Part shown: positions 1 to 7,359 of the stretch, piece after piece | Layout of the letters: every line of letters starts with the position of its first letter | Numbering within the stretch: the first letter of the stretch is position 1 | Origin: an uncultured virus (IMG/VR IMGVR_UViG_3300025769_000004) | Lineage: Duplodnaviria > Heunggongvirae > Uroviricota > Caudoviricetes > Crassvirales | Direction: 5' to 3' (one strand) | Length of the DNA stretch: 20,000 nucleotides | IMG/VR virus record: IMGVR_UViG_3300025769_000004 | Program-made: the position numbers and the translations under genes | Notes under the pieces: model-generated | What the model was told of the DNA's origin: nothing | The model's database searches: none | Seen by the model: only the letters and a program-made list of their open reading frames with translations

Positions 1-137
1 TCACCATCAAAGATTTTCCTTGCTTGGTTGTGAGCGTATTGCCACTTTTGAGTTTCTGTACCACATTTCTGTGTAGTACCGTAGTATCCGGCTAAGATAT
101 CTTTTGTTATAGCCTCTATTTTTTGTATTTCAGTCAT
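1..137 (-). CDS. hypothetical early protein, truncated by window edge
   Basis: Hand translation MTEIQKIEAITKDILAGYYGTTQKCGTETQKWQYAHNQARKIFDG..., open to the edge; start overlaps the end of 130..243. Confidence 0.7.
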   Translation of the reverse strand, partial: MTEIQKIEAITKDILAGYYGTTQKCGTETQKWQYAHNQARKIFDG

Positions 138-243
138 AATCGTATATTAATTCTTGTATTTCCATAAATAGCATGTCATCTATTTCATCTTTCGTGTACC
201 TATCTTTGTGTAGTTGGTAAGCTACTTCCCATGGACATTTCAT
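130..243 (-). CDS. small hypothetical protein (37 aa)
   Basis: MKCPWEVAYQLHKDRYTKDEIDDMLFMEIQELIYDYD; ATGA overlap with the stop of 240..524. Confidence 0.7.
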   Translation of the reverse strand: MKCPWEVAYQLHKDRYTKDEIDDMLFMEIQELIYDYD

Positions 244-524
244 ATTAATTCTAGTTTGTTTAATAATTCTTGTGACTTTTTCTTTAACATAGCATCTTCA
301 TGAGCTGAATGTAGCATTCTACATAGTAGAGTTTCCATTTCGTGCCATTGTATAGCAAACGATCTTTCATCACTATTTGTTCTAGAAATATCGTAGAAAC
401 TACTATTATTGTATGGATCTCTAAACTTTTTTTCTATATTACTTACAAATGCTTTTACTTCTGTTCTTATTTCTTCAGCTATTTTTTGTTGTAAAGCTTT
501 TTCTATTGCATTAGTACTAGTCAT
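240..524 (-). CDS. hypothetical protein (94 aa)
   Basis: ORF track; ATGA-coupled to neighbours on both sides. Confidence 0.8.
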   Translation of the reverse strand: MTSTNAIEKALQQKIAEEIRTEVKAFVSNIEKKFRDPYNNSSFYDISRTNSDERSFAIQWHEMETLLCRMLHSAHEDAMLKKKSQELLNKLELI

Positions 525-673
525 TTCTTTTTATTCTTTAGTTCGTTAATCACATTTTTAAGCGTGTGAATATCACTTTGACACTTCTTCATTGCTATTT
601 TATTACCCGTGCCTTGGTAAAACTCATTCCATGAGTATAGGTTTTGTAGTTGTTTTATTTTTTTACTTATCAT
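521..673 (-). CDS. small hypothetical protein (50 aa)
   Basis: MISKKIKQLQNLYSWNEFYQGTGNKIAMKKCQSDIHTLKNVINELKNKKK; fills the gap, with an ATGA overlap at 521-524. Confidence 0.7.
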   Translation of the reverse strand: MISKKIKQLQNLYSWNEFYQGTGNKIAMKKCQSDIHTLKNVINELKNKKK

Positions 674-866
674 TTTGTTTTTTATTTAAGTCGTATATTA
701 CTGTTTCAATTATTAAATAGTATGTTTTTGCATTAGAATGAGGTATTTCACCGTATTCATAGTCTTCTTTGATCCACCTTTTCAATGTTTCTAGATTTTT
801 GACTGTTTTGTCATGCTTTTGCACATTACAACTTGTTAATGCTATTATTAGTATTAGTTTCTTCAT
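663..866 (-). CDS. putative lipoprotein (67 aa)
   Basis: MKK + hydrophobic LILIIA + lipobox LTS-C. Confidence 0.65.
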   Translation of the reverse strand: MKKLILIIALTSCNVQKHDKTVKNLETLKRWIKEDYEYGEIPHSNAKTYYLIIETVIYDLNKKQNDK

Positions 867-1018
867 TAAAAGAAAGTTTGTATTATTTCAACAACTACCA
901 TTACCATTGCCGGTATCCATATTGACAAGAATATACCTGTCATACAGTAAGCATATATTTTTAGCATCTTTTCTTCGACTGCTTTATAACAAAACTTTAT
1001 TATTGCTTGTTTAACCAT
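866..1018 (-). CDS. small membrane protein (50 aa)
   Basis: MVKQAIIKFCYKAVEEKMLKIYAYCMTGIFLSIWIPAMVMVVVEIIQTFF; TAATG overlap with the next gene; hydrophobic C-terminal half. Confidence 0.7.
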   Translation of the reverse strand: MVKQAIIKFCYKAVEEKMLKIYAYCMTGIFLSIWIPAMVMVVVEIIQTFF

Positions 1019-1271
1019 TATTATATTGTTTTACTTTGGTTATTAACTCGTGTATTTCTTCGTTTGGAAAGGTAGAATACACCTCGTCTACCTTATTACT
1101 TACAAAATCGTAAGTGAATGCTTTTGTTTTTACACCGAATGGTGACAATATCATATCTCGTTTAGTCCAACCGTAAGGAGATTTTTGTACTCGGTTGATC
1201 ACTAACTTGATGTAGTCGTCATCGAGAATGATGGCGTCGAGATATTTAGTTGATATGTATTTGTTATTCAT
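1011..1271 (-). CDS. hypothetical early protein (86 aa)
   Basis: ORF track; ATG directly follows motif copy 1; FTYD...DEVYSTF segment resembles 1866..2102. Confidence 0.8.
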   Translation of the reverse strand: MNNKYISTKYLDAIILDDDYIKLVINRVQKSPYGWTKRDMILSPFGVKTKAFTYDFVSNKVDEVYSTFPNEEIHELITKVKQYNNG

Positions 1272-1272
1272 A

Positions 1273-1306
1273 TTATATTATCTTTTACTTATTGTATTTA
1301 GTTTGT
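1273..1306 (-). promoter_or_regulatory. repeated putative phage early promoter, copy 1
   Basis: Minus strand ACAAAC-TAAATAC-N11-GATAATATAA. Confidence 0.8.
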
Positions 1307-1399
1307 GATATATGCCCATAGTATTGTTACTACTGCGCATAGTATGAAGTATAACATTACTTCGCCACCTGTTGTTGAAAAATCAGTTTTCTTTTTCAT
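1298..1399 (-). CDS. single-TM peptide (33 aa)
   Basis: MKKKTDFSTTGGEVMLYFILCAVVTILWAYITN; ATGA-coupled; its stop is the TAA of the motif's TAAATAC. Confidence 0.7.
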   Translation of the reverse strand: MKKKTDFSTTGGEVMLYFILCAVVTILWAYITN

Positions 1400-1476
1400 T
1401 TTATTATTTCTCTTATTATATCGATTAGTATTATAGTAGTAATTGTTAATGGTGCTATTGATATTAGTAAAATCAT
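1396..1476 (-). CDS. hydrophobic peptide (26 aa)
   Basis: MILLISIAPLTITTIILIDIIREIIK; ATGA overlaps at both ends. Confidence 0.6.
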   Translation of the reverse strand: MILLISIAPLTITTIILIDIIREIIK

Positions 1477-1667
1477 AGTATTTGAGTTAATATTTCATAG
1501 TGATCTTCTTGTTGAGATTTACTTAGTTCAAGGAATTTACCTTCTACTTTATACCCATGAAGATGGTTTATAATTTGCTGTTCGAGTTCAGCTCTGTTTA
1601 CTGTCTTTTCCATTTCTTTGAATGCTTTCGACCATGACCAATTACTTGGTGAGTTAGGATTATACAT
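1473..1667 (-). CDS. hypothetical protein (64 aa)
   Basis: ORF track; TAACTATG start context. Confidence 0.8.
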   Translation of the reverse strand: MYNPNSPSNWSWSKAFKEMEKTVNRAELEQQIINHLHGYKVEGKFLELSKSQQEDHYEILTQIL

Positions 1668-1669
1668 AG

Positions 1670-1849
1670 TTATTTTTTGTTTTTAGTTATATACTTAGCA
1701 ACTTGTAGTTCAATTGCCATATTTAGTTCATCAAAGAGTTTAGAGTATTTACTTTCATATACATTGTCAAGTGAATATCTTTCTTCACCATTTATAATCA
1801 TCTCATAAATGTCATTATCTTCATCTATTTTTATAGTTATAGTTTTCAT
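1670..1849 (-). CDS. small hypothetical protein (59 aa)
   Basis: MKTITIKIDEDNDIYEMIINGEERYSLDNVYESKYSKLFDELNMAIELQVAKYITKNKK; TAATAACTATGAAAA start context shared with neighbours. Confidence 0.75.
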   Translation of the reverse strand: MKTITIKIDEDNDIYEMIINGEERYSLDNVYESKYSKLFDELNMAIELQVAKYITKNKK

Positions 1850-1865
1850 AGTTATTAGTTTAAGT

Positions 1866-2102
1866 TTAAACTATTTCTGCTAAGTTTCTAGCGAAAGCTG
1901 GAACAGTATTAGAGTTAGTATAACTTTTGTATTCTTGAAAACACTTCATTGATTCAAACTTTTCTTGAAATGTTGAGTAAATCTCATCATGGTCATAAGT
2001 AAAAGTTACATCTTTATTATTAGTGAAAGTTATTATTGCATTCTCGCCGATTAGTGACTTTCTTATTACAAATCTTTTTGTTGTTAAATTATTAGTTTTC
2101 AT
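1866..2102 (-). CDS. hypothetical early protein (78 aa), paralog of 2750..2962
   Basis: 31/70 identities in an ungapped manual alignment with 2750..2962. Confidence 0.9.
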   Translation of the reverse strand: MKTNNLTTKRFVIRKSLIGENAIITFTNNKDVTFTYDHDEIYSTFQEKFESMKCFQEYKSYTNSNTVPAFARNLAEIV

Positions 2103-2142
2103 AGTTATTATATTTATTTATTTATTAATTAGTTTGTTATAT

Positions 2143-2176
2143 TTATATTATCTTTACTTGTTTGTATTTACATTGT
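2143..2176 (-). promoter_or_regulatory. repeated putative phage early promoter, copy 2
   Basis: Minus strand ACAATG-TAAATAC-N11-GATAATATAA. Confidence 0.8.
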
Positions 2177-2275
2177 AATATAGTCTATTACTATTATTAC
2201 ACAAAATACTACTACCATTGCTATTAATACTTCATTTGCAGTTTTTTCTTCTTTTTTATTATTATATTTATTCAT
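2168..2275 (-). CDS. single-TM peptide (35 aa)
   Basis: MNKYNNKKEEKTANEVLIAMVVVFCVIIVIDYITM; resembles 1298..1399; stop lies within the motif. Confidence 0.7.
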   Translation of the reverse strand: MNKYNNKKEEKTANEVLIAMVVVFCVIIVIDYITM

Positions 2276-2384
2276 TTGAATTTAGTTTAAAGGTGTATAT
2301 TTGTTTATTAGTTTAAAAGTTAGTTATAGTTCTACACTTGTTATCTCAATATCTTACATAGATATTAAAATAAATTAGTTATTT

Positions 2385-2439
2385 TAAGTGTGACATTAGC
2401 TAGTTAATATATAATAGTAACAGGCTATTGTCATAGTTT
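2385..2439. repeat. 55-bp imperfect palindrome, copy A (22-bp arms, 11-bp spacer)
   Basis: TAAGTGTGACATTAGCTAGTTA-atatataatag-TAACAGGCTATTGTCATAGTTT. Confidence 0.85.
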
Positions 2440-2683
2440 ACTCTTGATTAGTATTAATTAGTAAATAAGACTCGTCAGACAAGTGACATGAGTGATGAGT
2501 GAATTCTATATTATACTTTATTAATTCTTTAGCTACTTTCATTATATTATGAATAAACGAGTAGACGATGAGATAATCTTCAGTATTATAGTTTAGTCGC
2601 TCGAATAGTTCAGAGTAATCTGGATTATCGATGAGGTATTCGTGGTTTTCATTTAGTATTGGTAATTTAGTTAAATTTATCAT
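2438..2683 (-). CDS. hypothetical early protein (81 aa)
   Basis: ORF track; downstream of motif copy 3. Confidence 0.75.
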   Translation of the reverse strand: MINLTKLPILNENHEYLIDNPDYSELFERLNYNTEDYLIVYSFIHNIMKVAKELIKYNIEFTHHSCHLSDESYLLINTNQE

Positions 2684-2707
2684 TGTTATTAGTTTTTATT
2701 AGTTATA

Positions 2708-2741
2708 TTATATTATCTATTGATAGTCGTATTTACATTGT
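2708..2741 (-). promoter_or_regulatory. repeated putative phage early promoter, copy 3
   Basis: Minus strand ACAATG-TAAATAC-N11-GATAATATAA. Confidence 0.8.
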
Positions 2742-2749
2742 AATTATTA

Positions 2750-2962
2750 TTAAACCCAGTTTGGTAGTTTATTTGAATTCGTATAGTTACCATACTTAAT
2801 AAAGCAATTCATGCTTAGTAATCTTGTTTCATTGTTAGCAAACACTTCATCATGATTGTATGTGAATGATTCGCCTTTTTTGTTAGTGAATGATATGATT
2901 AATGATTTTCCGAGTAATGAGTTTGAGATGATGAATCTTGATTTAGTTATTTGATTTTCCAT
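2750..2962 (-). CDS. hypothetical early protein (70 aa), paralog of 1866..2102
   Basis: Shared RFxI, SLxG, FTNxK, FTYxHDE, SMxCF and YTNSNxxP motifs. Confidence 0.9.
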   Translation of the reverse strand: MENQITKSRFIISNSLLGKSLIISFTNKKGESFTYNHDEVFANNETRLLSMNCFIKYGNYTNSNKLPNWV

Positions 2963-2986
2963 GATTTAGTTATTTAGTTTGTTATA

Positions 2987-3020
2987 TTATATTATCTTAT
3001 TATGTATGTATTTACTTTGT
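2987..3020 (-). promoter_or_regulatory. repeated putative phage early promoter, copy 4
   Basis: Minus strand ACAAAG-TAAATAC-N11-GATAATATAA. Confidence 0.8.
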
Positions 3021-3026
3021 ATTTAT

Positions 3027-3128
3027 TTATAATGCGATTGATAATAAGAATGTTAAGTAAGATATGAATATGATATTCATTGAGATAGAAATTGAATTTA
3101 ATTTGATAGTTGTTATTAGATTTTTCAT
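3027..3128 (-). CDS. hydrophobic peptide (33 aa)
   Basis: MKNLITTIKLNSISISMNIIFISYLTFLLSIAL; TAATAACTATGAAAA start context; downstream of motif copy 5. Confidence 0.65.
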   Translation of the reverse strand: MKNLITTIKLNSISISMNIIFISYLTFLLSIAL

Positions 3129-3170
3129 AGTTATTAGATTTTATTTATTTTGTTATTAATTTTTGTTACA

Positions 3171-3204
3171 TTATATTATCTTTTATACTCTGTATTTACA
3201 TTGT
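3171..3204 (-). promoter_or_regulatory. repeated putative phage early promoter, copy 5
   Basis: Minus strand ACAATG-TAAATAC-N11-GATAATATAA. Confidence 0.8.
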
Positions 3205-3385
3205 TGTTTTTCGAAACATGAATCATAAATGTCAACACAATATTATACTGAAAACGTAAAAGATATTTCATAAAAATTTTAAATGTGGACCGGGCTGGGC
3301 AATTTAATATCGTTTTCTCTAGACATTTTACAATTATATTTTGGGGTGTAGTAAAAAATATCTATATATCTAATTATATTCGCAA

Positions 3386-3440
3386 AAAGTAGGACATTAG
3401 GTTGTTAAATTAGTAGAATAACAGGCTAGTGTCACACTTT
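3386..3440. repeat. 55-bp imperfect palindrome, copy B (22-bp arms, 11-bp spacer)
   Basis: AAAGTAGGACATTAGGTTGTTA-aattagtagaa-TAACAGGCTAGTGTCACACTTT; 1001 bp from copy A. Confidence 0.85.
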
Positions 3441-3467
3441 AAAGTAATTAAAAGCTAATTTAGCATG

Positions 3468-3490
3468 TAAAAAGCGAGTATATCGTGTAA
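3468..3490 (+). promoter_or_regulatory. putative rightward (late-type) promoter
   Basis: TAAAAAGCGAGTATATCGTGTAA; matches 7357..7379 at TAAAWA-x-C-N5-TATCRTGTRA; upstream of the first + strand gene. Confidence 0.45.
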
Positions 3491-3543
3491 ATAACTAATA
3501 ATATACGTATAAACAAAAAACAATTACAAAAAAAAGAGCAATT

Positions 3544-3765
3544 ATGCCAAAAATGACAAGTTATCAAGACAAAGAATCTGCGAAAGATGACTATTCGCAC
3601 GAAAAAAAACTAGCCCATGATGGCAGATATGAATTAGTACATGGAAACGAGGCTGCAGCTAAGAATGATTTTGATCATGCACATGCTTTAAAGAAAGATG
3701 CGCACTATGATCACATGAATAGAATGTCACCTCATCCAATATTAAAACATTCACACAAATATTAA
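3544..3765 (+). CDS. His/Asp-rich small protein (73 aa)
   Basis: ORF track; 10 His; internal two-fold repeat. Confidence 0.8.
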   Translation: MPKMTSYQDKESAKDDYSHEKKLAHDGRYELVHGNEAAAKNDFDHAHALKKDAHYDHMNRMSPHPILKHSHKY

Positions 3766-3841
3766 AAATCAATATGTTTATATTAGTTAAATCTAACTAC
3801 TTCTAAAAATATAAACTTATTAATTCCAAAAAAAATAAAAA

Positions 3842-6010
3842 ATGGATTGTATAGAAAAAAAAATAGATGATGTAATAACCTTAGAACAGGTACAAGAAGC
3901 TAAAGCGGAGTTGGATAATAAATTGGAAGAATTAAACAGCGGTGGTTTACAGCGCCAAGTAAGAGATTCTCAAGATAGATGGGCTAATTCAGTTAGAACG
4001 TTAGGAGTTTGGAAAACAGCTCTAGCTGAAAATCAAAATATTAAAGAAGGTCTTCTGGCTCAAATAGAGGCATTGCAAGCAACTAAAGCTCAATACGAAG
4101 CTGAACTTAAGTCTTTAGAGGCTATACCACCTTCTGAAAGAACAGAAGCTCAAGAAGAGAGAATAACTGAATTACAGGCATTAATAACGGCAACAGAGAA
4201 GGATATACTTTCATTAGAAGTTGATGTTGCTAATATAGATGCTTATTTAGCAGAGATTAATGTTAACATAATTAATACTCAAGCTGAGGTTGATAATGAT
4301 TATAAAATTTATCTAGATAACAAATCACAACTAGACGAGCTTACACTGGAAGTAGAAGCTCTTGAAACAGCTTACTTTGGTCTTAATGCTGGATATCAGT
4401 TATCACAACAAGGGATACAAAACAGAATAGATGGAAATGAAGAAATAAACTTTCCAAATGTATGGGAGACTATATGTGCTTATGGTAGATCAGTAGAAAC
4501 TTTTAATGAGCTTAAAGGTAAGGCTGAAAAAGATTCTATAGTAGCTATTGACGACTTAGCATATTACAGTGTGTTAACAGCAAGACAACCTATACTATTT
4601 AGATATAGTGAAATGATAGTAAGTAGATTTGCTGATATAGACTTAGACAGTCCTCCAGAATTTGAAAATTTCTTTAATAATGTACTAACGAGCGAGGAAA
4701 GAGAAATATTTGGTAATGACGTAAGTGAATTTATAGACGCTTTTGATGGATCAGATCCTGCTGCGCAAGATTTAGCAATTAGTCTCGGTATTAACGAAAA
4801 TCTTATACAATATTGTGGTGGCGATCAATATACTACTCAAAGAGCTACGAAAGATGCTTACTTAAAAGCTAGTAATGAATATGCAGGTGGTGGTTATCTT
4901 TTTGATTTTCTAGTGATTGGGCAGATAACATCAGAAGCTGGATGGAATTCTAGCTACATAGATCCAAGTGATGCAGCTACGTATCCTATAAGCGCTAATG
5001 ATGCAGAAAGAGTAAGAACATATATTGAAAACTGGTGTAATACATATTACATACCTACTTTTTTTGGTACTTTAGCACCATACTCACCTGTTGAGGTTAG
5101 TACGTTAACTTTTCAAAACATAATTAATGGAACATCAGGTTTACCGCCTGGTTTAGAATCTGACCTTCAAAACTATTTAAACCCGATTGTTGGTGATGCT
5201 GGTGTACAGATGGGTCTTTCTAGTTTTATGATTATGTGGTATGAGCAAATCGCAGAACTAACCCCATACTACAATGATGTTGATAGAGCAGATTGGGATA
5301 CTACTATTAGAGCAAAAGGAGATGCAAGAGCTAAGCAAACTAACGAAAGAGTATTGGCTACAGCTCCAGTTACAGGAGGACCTATATTACCTAATGGAGA
5401 TGTTGGTGTTTTAGGATCGTTTAATTACGGTGCTGGAGGTGATCCAGAAGATCCTAATGTAGCTAAAGTGTTAGCTTATTTACCAACTTTACAAAAAAGT
5501 CTAGATGAGTCTGCTGTCACTGCCGCTAATGAAGTTGTAGTTTATACTGATGTAATAAGTAGTATCGCAAACTTAACAAAACACACAGAGGAAATTGCTG
5601 TTTACTTGAAGGCTTATGTTAACATGAATCCAGACAATGAAAATGAAGAAACTGTATTTAACAACGCGGTTGCAGATTCTTCTACTAGTATAGCGAATCC
5701 TTTTAAATGCATAAGCCCAGGTCAGGAAGGTTATTCTGAATGCCAATTGCCATCTCAGACAGCTGAGCCGATAGATATGCTAAATGCTAGTAGAGCTCAT
5801 AAATTTTCTTTAGCAGAAATTAAAGATGAATTAATGGCTGCTGTTTTAAAAGGAGAATGTTGTGCTACTTTTTCACAACCACTTAAATGGGAAACAGTAA
5901 CTGTGTTACTAAATAAAGGTTATAAAATACTTATAAACTTTACACCTAGTGGAATTGGAAACATGATAACTGTTACATGGAACCTTGCAACATCACCAGC
6001 GGAAGCATAA
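3842..6010 (+). CDS. large acidic hypothetical protein with long N-terminal coiled coil (722 aa), possibly virion-associated
   Basis: Long ORF; heptad-like L/E/Q/A-rich first ~200 aa; no recognised family. Confidence 0.8.
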   Translation: MDCIEKKIDDVITLEQVQEAKAELDNKLEELNSGGLQRQVRDSQDRWANSVRTLGVWKTALAENQNIKEGLLAQIEALQATKAQYEAELKSLEAIPPSERTEAQEERITELQALITATEKDILSLEVDVANIDAYLAEINVNIINTQAEVDNDYKIYLDNKSQLDELTLEVEALETAYFGLNAGYQLSQQGIQNRIDGNEEINFPNVWETICAYGRSVETFNELKGKAEKDSIVAIDDLAYYSVLTARQPILFRYSEMIVSRFADIDLDSPPEFENFFNNVLTSEEREIFGNDVSEFIDAFDGSDPAAQDLAISLGINENLIQYCGGDQYTTQRATKDAYLKASNEYAGGGYLFDFLVIGQITSEAGWNSSYIDPSDAATYPISANDAERVRTYIENWCNTYYIPTFFGTLAPYSPVEVSTLTFQNIINGTSGLPPGLESDLQNYLNPIVGDAGVQMGLSSFMIMWYEQIAELTPYYNDVDRADWDTTIRAKGDARAKQTNERVLATAPVTGGPILPNGDVGVLGSFNYGAGGDPEDPNVAKVLAYLPTLQKSLDESAVTAANEVVVYTDVISSIANLTKHTEEIAVYLKAYVNMNPDNENEETVFNNAVADSSTSIANPFKCISPGQEGYSECQLPSQTAEPIDMLNASRAHKFSLAEIKDELMAAVLKGECCATFSQPLKWETVTVLLNKGYKILINFTPSGIGNMITVTWNLATSPAEA

Positions 6011-6033
6011 AACAATAATTAAAAAAATAAACT

Positions 6034-7359
6034 ATGGCAATAATATACACATATCCATTAAAGTCTAGTCCACTTAGTGGCAGTGACTTAATGTTGATAT
6101 CAGATATGACAGCCAGTGATAAGCCAACTAGAAGTGTTACACTACAACAGGTCGCGGATTTTTCTGCGGCCAGTGGTGCTTCTGGTGTTGGGCAGATAGT
6201 TGCTGGAAATAATATAACCTTAACTTCAACAGGGCCTAGTGGAACTGGTATAGTAACTATAAATTCAGAATCAGATTCAGTAACATATACGTTTAATAAC
6301 ACATCGACAATTGATGACATCGCGACACTGTCGTTAAATGGAAGTGATGCAACGGTTAATGCTGTAAATATAAACGCTGGTGCTAATGTATCTATAACAA
6401 ATAACGCAGAAGGAAGTTTTACAATAAATTCTGACAGCCCTCCGTGTTACTCAATAGAAAGTGTTAATTACGAAGAAAATCCAGCTATAAGGTTAAGTCC
6501 TGACAGCGGGGCTTGTCCTGACTCAATAGTTTCTTTTGAAGAAGGTGACAATATAACAATAACTCAATCAAGCAATATTATCACTATTTCAGCTGCAGGT
6601 GGTTCAGGAACTGGAATGACTAGCTGGGATTTAAGAGCTGACAATAGTACAGTATTTGCTGTTGGTGACCAAGGATTAGTTGACATATCTGGAGGAGTAG
6701 ATTTAACAACTTCAGTAGGTACTAGTGGTACTGATAGAATATTAACAATTAACCATGATTCTTTTGGAACTGCAGGAACTTATAACAATATAAATTCTAT
6801 TACTACAAATTCCACTGGACATGTTATAGGTGTTAGTGTTTCTAGTGGTACAAATGGTTTTACACCATTAGACATAGCTCAAGGAAACGCTAGTCTAAAT
6901 GCTGTATCAGAAGGTACTATAATAAATACTTATTGGTTCCAGACAATATCAGATGCAACGTTCGCACTGAACAAAGCTAAAATATATTTACTAGATGGAT
7001 TATCAAACGGATTTGCTTTCGCTATATATGAAGGTGATTTTGCAAACGCGTCTTTAATAAGTGGTAAACAATTTTCTCAAGCAATGATTCCTGGAATTCA
7101 TGAATTTTCAATAATAGGCGAAATACAGGCAAATCTTACTTTAGGCGAAAATTATGTAATAGCTTTATCATTGCCTTTTGCGGAAGAAGGAAATGAAGGA
7201 ATACTAGGGATAAACGATGCTATCGCAAATATTAACTTAGCCGCAACTACTGGCACTAACTACGTAGGTAATCCTTGGCCTAGTGACATTAATTCAGCAT
7301 TTTTTGAAGGTGCAGGAGCTCAGTTAACAGACAAAAGACCTTGTGTACATATTTATTAA
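6034..7359 (+). CDS. putative fibre/virion structural protein (441 aa)
   Basis: N-terminal MAIIYTYP...DLMLISD...TRSVTLQQV; shaft-like repeats AGNNITLT / AGANVSIT / EGDNITIT; GTAGTY...ITTNSTGHV fibre motif; G/S/T/N-rich. Confidence 0.7.
   Translation: MAIIYTYPLKSSPLSGSDLMLISDMTASDKPTRSVTLQQVADFSAASGASGVGQIVAGNNITLTSTGPSGTGIVTINSESDSVTYTFNNTSTIDDIATLSLNGSDATVNAVNINAGANVSITNNAEGSFTINSDSPPCYSIESVNYEENPAIRLSPDSGACPDSIVSFEEGDNITITQSSNIITISAAGGSGTGMTSWDLRADNSTVFAVGDQGLVDISGGVDLTTSVGTSGTDRILTINHDSFGTAGTYNNINSITTNSTGHVIGVSVSSGTNGFTPLDIAQGNASLNAVSEGTIINTYWFQTISDATFALNKAKIYLLDGLSNGFAFAIYEGDFANASLISGKQFSQAMIPGIHEFSIIGEIQANLTLGENYVIALSLPFAEEGNEGILGINDAIANINLAATTGTNYVGNPWPSDINSAFFEGAGAQLTDKRPCVHIY

Noticed and set aside
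769..1014. Plus-strand 81-aa ORF
   Set aside because: Antisense shadow of two coupled minus-strand genes.
2385..2439. Palindrome A as an intrinsic terminator of 2438..2683
   Set aside because: No U-tract on the minus-strand transcript, several true mismatches, and a second copy lies where no gene ends. An RNA-processing role is not fully excluded.
1273..3204. Repeats as a CRISPR array or integron attC cassette array
   Set aside because: Spacing is irregular (184-870 bp), the repeat has a variable core, whole genes lie between copies, the motif is not palindromic, and no cas or integrase gene is present.
3784..3799. Small hairpin TAGTTA-aatc-TAACTA between 3765 and 3842
   Set aside because: A six-bp AT-rich stem, too weak to call as a terminator.
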